A stretch of DNA of 53,556 nt, from contig CAVWIH010000016.1 in the NCBI GenBank assembly GCA_963755025.1, positions 1-53,556 on the forward strand, written 5' to 3'. The first letter of the stretch is position 1; each line of letters begins with the position of its first letter. The notes below the pieces were generated by a model, which saw only the letters and a list, made by a program, of their open reading frames with translations, was not told the origin of the DNA and did not search any database. Of this stretch, positions 49,790 through 53,556 are shown one piece after another. This stretch comes from an uncultured Actinomycetes bacterium (lineage in GTDB: Bacteria > Actinomycetota > Thermoleophilia > UBA2241). The position numbers were made by a program, and so were the translations under genes.

Positions 49790-52700
49790 TCAGGGCAGTG
49801 GGGGAGCAAGCGAGACGGCGATGATTGCCGCGTCGTCTGAGAGCTCACCTCCGGCGAACTGCGTCGCGGCTGTCATGAGGCCGTCGACCAGATCCTGGGG
49901 CTTGCGACTTGCGACCTCCGTGAGGTGGCCCAGCGCGCGTACCTCGCCGAACAGCTCCCCATCGCGTCGAGCTTCGGTGATGCCGTCGGTGAAGGCGAGC
50001 AGTACCTCGCCTGCCGCGAGATGGATGCTTTGTTCGCAATAGGCCGCAGCGAAGGTGCCCAGAGGCACGCCGGGGGCGGTCGAAAGCGGGATACAGCCAT
50101 CGCCGCAGACAACCGCGGGCGGATGGCCCGCCGAGGAGTAGCGCACCTCGCCTGTCGTGATGTCGATGACGTACAGGGCAGCCGTGGCAAACAGCCCATC
50201 GGCCGCCTGGCGGATAAGCGACTCGTTGACGTGCCCCAGCACGACTCCCGGCGAAGCATCGATATACGCCATGGTGCGCACGGCACTGCGGATCGTCTCC
50301 GTGAACTCCGCGGCGCGCACGCCTTTGCCGCTGACGTCGGCGATGAACAACGCGACCGTGCGCCCGTCGATTGCGAAGACATCGAAGAAATCGCCGCCGA
50401 CCTGTTCCGCCGCAGCCGCCGCTCGATGTGCAGCGCCGATGTCCAGGCCGGCCAGTTCGGGCACCGGGAAAGCCAGCAGCCGGCGGAGCGTCTCGGCTGT
50501 ACGATGTTCCACGTCGTAGGCGTTGGCGTTGTCGATGGCCAACGCGCCTACCGTCGCAAGTGCCGCGGCAAACAGGACCTGATCGTCGGCGAAGGTCATA
50601 GCCGAGTGGAGATTGGCAAAGGCCAGGACACCGAGCATTTCTTCCCTCGCCACGAGCGGCACAAAGAGCAAGGACCGAAGTCCGAATCGCTCTGCAAACC
50701 CAGACGCCAGACGAGGGTCGTGGCGGACATCGCTCGACACGAAAGGCTCGTGCGTAAGGACAAGCTCGCCGATCGGACTTTCGTCGCGCGCGAAGCGTTG
50801 TCCAGCAGAGGCTCGGCGACTCCCACCGCCACCCGCGTGACGAACTCGTCGCCTTCGGCAAGCACGGCGACGGCACCCTCGCACCCGATCGCACGCAGAC
50901 CCTCTCCGGCCAGAACTTGGACGATGGCGTCGACGCCGGGCGCCGAGCTGATCGCTACGTCGATGGCATTCAACGCTTCAGAAAGGCGCATGCTCTCGGC
51001 GCGTTCGGCGTGCACGCGGGCGTTGTCGATGGCAAGCGAGGCGGTCACGGCGAGCTTGAGCGCAAAGTCGACCTCGCTACCCGAGTACGACCTCGGGCGC
51101 AGTCCGTGAAACAGCAGGCAGCCGATCACCACCTCGCGCACTATCAGGGGTACGGCCAGCACGGCGCGCAGCCCACGGAGCCGCGGGAAGCCCACGTTCA
51201 GCGCGGGCTCCGTCGCCAGATCAGCGACGACCACGGGCTGTGCTGTCGCCCGAGCCCGGGAGGCGACCGGCGCCTGCGCGACGCTAAGCCGCAGTCCGAC
51301 GTCATCGGCCGAGCAGCCGTGCTGGTAGGCCATGACCCAAGACTCACCTTGCCACAGCTCGATCGCGCCGGCGTTCGCACCGAGTGCGGCGACGCCCTCC
51401 GCCAGGGCGCGAGCCATGATCTCGTCGAAATCGAGCGTCGAGTGTATGACGCTGTTGATGGCATTCAAGGCGTCGGCCAGGTCCGCGCGCTCAGCCAGCG
51501 CGTCCGCCTGGGACTGTAGTCCGGTTGCGAGCTCTTCGATGGTCTGCAATTCCTGCTCTGCCCGTCGCTGCGCCTCGACCTCCGCCTCGAATAGGCGGGC
51601 GTTTTCGATAGTCACTGTAGCTTGAGCTGCGATGCCCTCGATGAGCGCGATCTCGCGAGCGTTGAATTCGCGTCGTTTGTCGCAGTCGTCGATCGTCAGC
51701 AGGCCGACTAAGCGATCGCCGAGGAAGAGTGGCACGACAAGTTCCAAATGGCAGGCGGCGTAGTCTCCTGCACCACGCCTGCCGGGCTCCATCTCGTCGT
51801 AGTCGACGAGAGTCGTGGCCCGTTCGTAGATCGCCCGTTTGGCGGGTTCAGGTAGCTCGTCGAGGGTGACGAGAAGACCGGTTGGCCGGGGCGGTTCCCC
51901 CAGCGACGACGCCACGCAGAGCCGACCTTCCTGCTGGTCCCAGAGGCTGACGGTAACGCGCGCATGGCCCGACGCTTGCCGGATGACTCGCCCTAGGCGG
52001 TCGAAGACATCGTCCGGCGACAACGACTCGGCAGGCAAGCCGACCGCTTCCAGAAGAAGCCGTGTTGTTTCGAGTTCGCGCTGCGTTTCGCCACGGGCCT
52101 CTTGTCGAGACCCGAACAGTCGTGCGTTCTGCAGCGCCTGCGAAACAACGGCACCGACCTTGCGAGCGAAATCGACTTCCATATCGCTGTAGTCGTGCGG
52201 CGAGTCGTAGTAGGTGAAGAACAGGCAGCCGAAACCCTCGCCGTCAACGATAAGAGGAACGGCCAGTGAGGCGGCGATCCTGTACTTCTCGGCGACCGAG
52301 GCGTTGCCCAACGGGTCGTTGCGGTAGTCGGCAATCAAGATGGGACGCTGCTCGGCCAAGGCAAGTTCGCCATGCCGCAGGTCCTCCCCGCCGAAGCGCC
52401 GCCCCTGGAGTTCGACGGGCATGTTCCAGAGGTGAGTAAGACGCCACCCGTCGCTGTCTCGCAGGGCCACGCTGCCGGCGTCACAGCCGAAGGCCTCGCC
52501 TGCCAGGCGCAGGACCTCATCGAGAACATCGCCTGTGTCGAGATGCGAGCTGACCGCGCTGTTGATGGCGTTCAACGCCTCGGAGAGCCACGCGTGTCGC
52601 TGCTGCTCGACCAGCAGGCGTTCGCGCTCTTCCTCTTTGCTCTTGCGGTCGGCGATGTCGTGGAAGTAGGCGGTGACGCCGCCGGTCGTCGGGTAGATGC

Positions 52701-53510
52701 GTGTCTCGACCCAGCCGCCCAGCAACGGGGATCGCCATTCCATGACGGTCGGTGTACCGAGTTCCATGGCCGCGCGGAAGCCGCTCTCGAGGTCGGAGTC
52801 GCGAAGCTCTGCGAAGAGCTCGAAGGGTGTATGACCGAGCATCTCGTCGTAGGACTTGCCGAGCAGCCGACACGCATGGCCATTGGCAAAGACGTAGCGA
52901 TACTCCCAGTCCAGGGCGACGAAGGCCTCCTCGATCTCCTCGAGCAAGGCCCGGGTACGCGCTTCGCCGTGCCCGAGACTGTCGGCGCGGGGCGCGTCAA
53001 GGTCGCTCTCAAGCGACGTCCGATCGTAGCGAGCCGCGGCGCGTCGTGACATGCGTACTTCGAGTCCGCCGTCCAGGCGCAGCTCGAGCGAATCCATGAG
53101 CTTGGCGATGATGAACAAGCCGCGGCCGTGGTCTTGGAGGGGGACTGGCGTGCGCTGTCGGTTGAAGCTCGCCACATCAAAGCCCCTGCCGCGGTCCCTG
53201 ACCGTGGCCACAAGTCTCGCTTTGGTGAAGTTCAGGTCGATCTCGATGTCAGCGGCGGTACCGCTGTGGCGAATGGCGTTGGTGCAGGCCTCTTCGACGC
53301 AGAGTACAGTCTGATCATCACCGGGCCCTCATTGCAGTAACGGCGCAAGTAGTCACGCATGCGTTCGCGAGCGCGAAGCAAATGCGAAGGCTCGGGCGGG
53401 ACGCGGAAGTGCAAGCGCGGGAGCGCAGTCTGCGGCGGGTCACTGCTTTGCGACACCTGGGCCCCTCGCTGGTCGCGTGAAGGCCTGTTTCCCCTGTTTT
53501 GCATACCCAA
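49790..53510 (-). CDS. Signalling protein: RsbW-like HATPase, PAS, multiple GAF domains and a PP2C/SpoIIE phosphatase; frameshifts near 53320 and 50800
   Basis: EEACTNAIRHS, VRDRGRGF, GRGLFII; PAS AFVALDWEYRYVFAN; GAF repeats; VGGDFFD, ADVSGKG, AGHP, FTDGITEAR, DDAA. Confidence 0.85.
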
Positions 53511-53556
53511 AACGACAGGCCACTAGTCGAGTCGGCGCCACCTGTGGGGTGGTGCT

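Overview
A very GC-rich bacterial window, probably from an anaerobic actinobacterium (inferred from GC content, codon use and gene content, not proven). (1) tRNA-Thr followed by an hdrCBA-flxDCBA electron-bifurcation cluster (0.6-7.7 kb). (2) Glycosyltransferase genes and a deletion scar that removed the 5' ends of a SulP gene and a TetR gene (7.7-12.4 kb). (3) A methylated-amine catabolic region (12.6-33.4 kb): peptide-type ABC transporter, CocE/NonD hydrolase, a non-pyrrolysine MttB homolog, TetR, amber (TAG)-interrupted MtbB and MttB that are pyrrolysine-type, two corrinoid proteins, class III aminotransferase, archaeal-type GAPDH and PGK, LarA-like racemase and malic enzyme. A 17-bp operator is shared by two of its promoters. 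(4) tRNA-Thr, tRNA-Tyr and tRNA-Met. (5) A 15.3-kb element integrated in tRNA-Met (49-bp att repeat, 34317-49620). It has an integrase, a helicase-ori-primase module, an HK97-type capsid and a tape-measure/transglycosylase protein, but no recognisable terminase, portal or tail tube, so it looks like an unusual phage satellite. Its cargo end holds an array of promoter-plus-double-hairpin small-RNA units with ~160-bp period beside a putative barnase/RelE-like nuclease. (6) A multi-GAF PP2C (SpoIIE-like) signalling gene. Many scattered single-base frameshifts look like long-read assembly errors.
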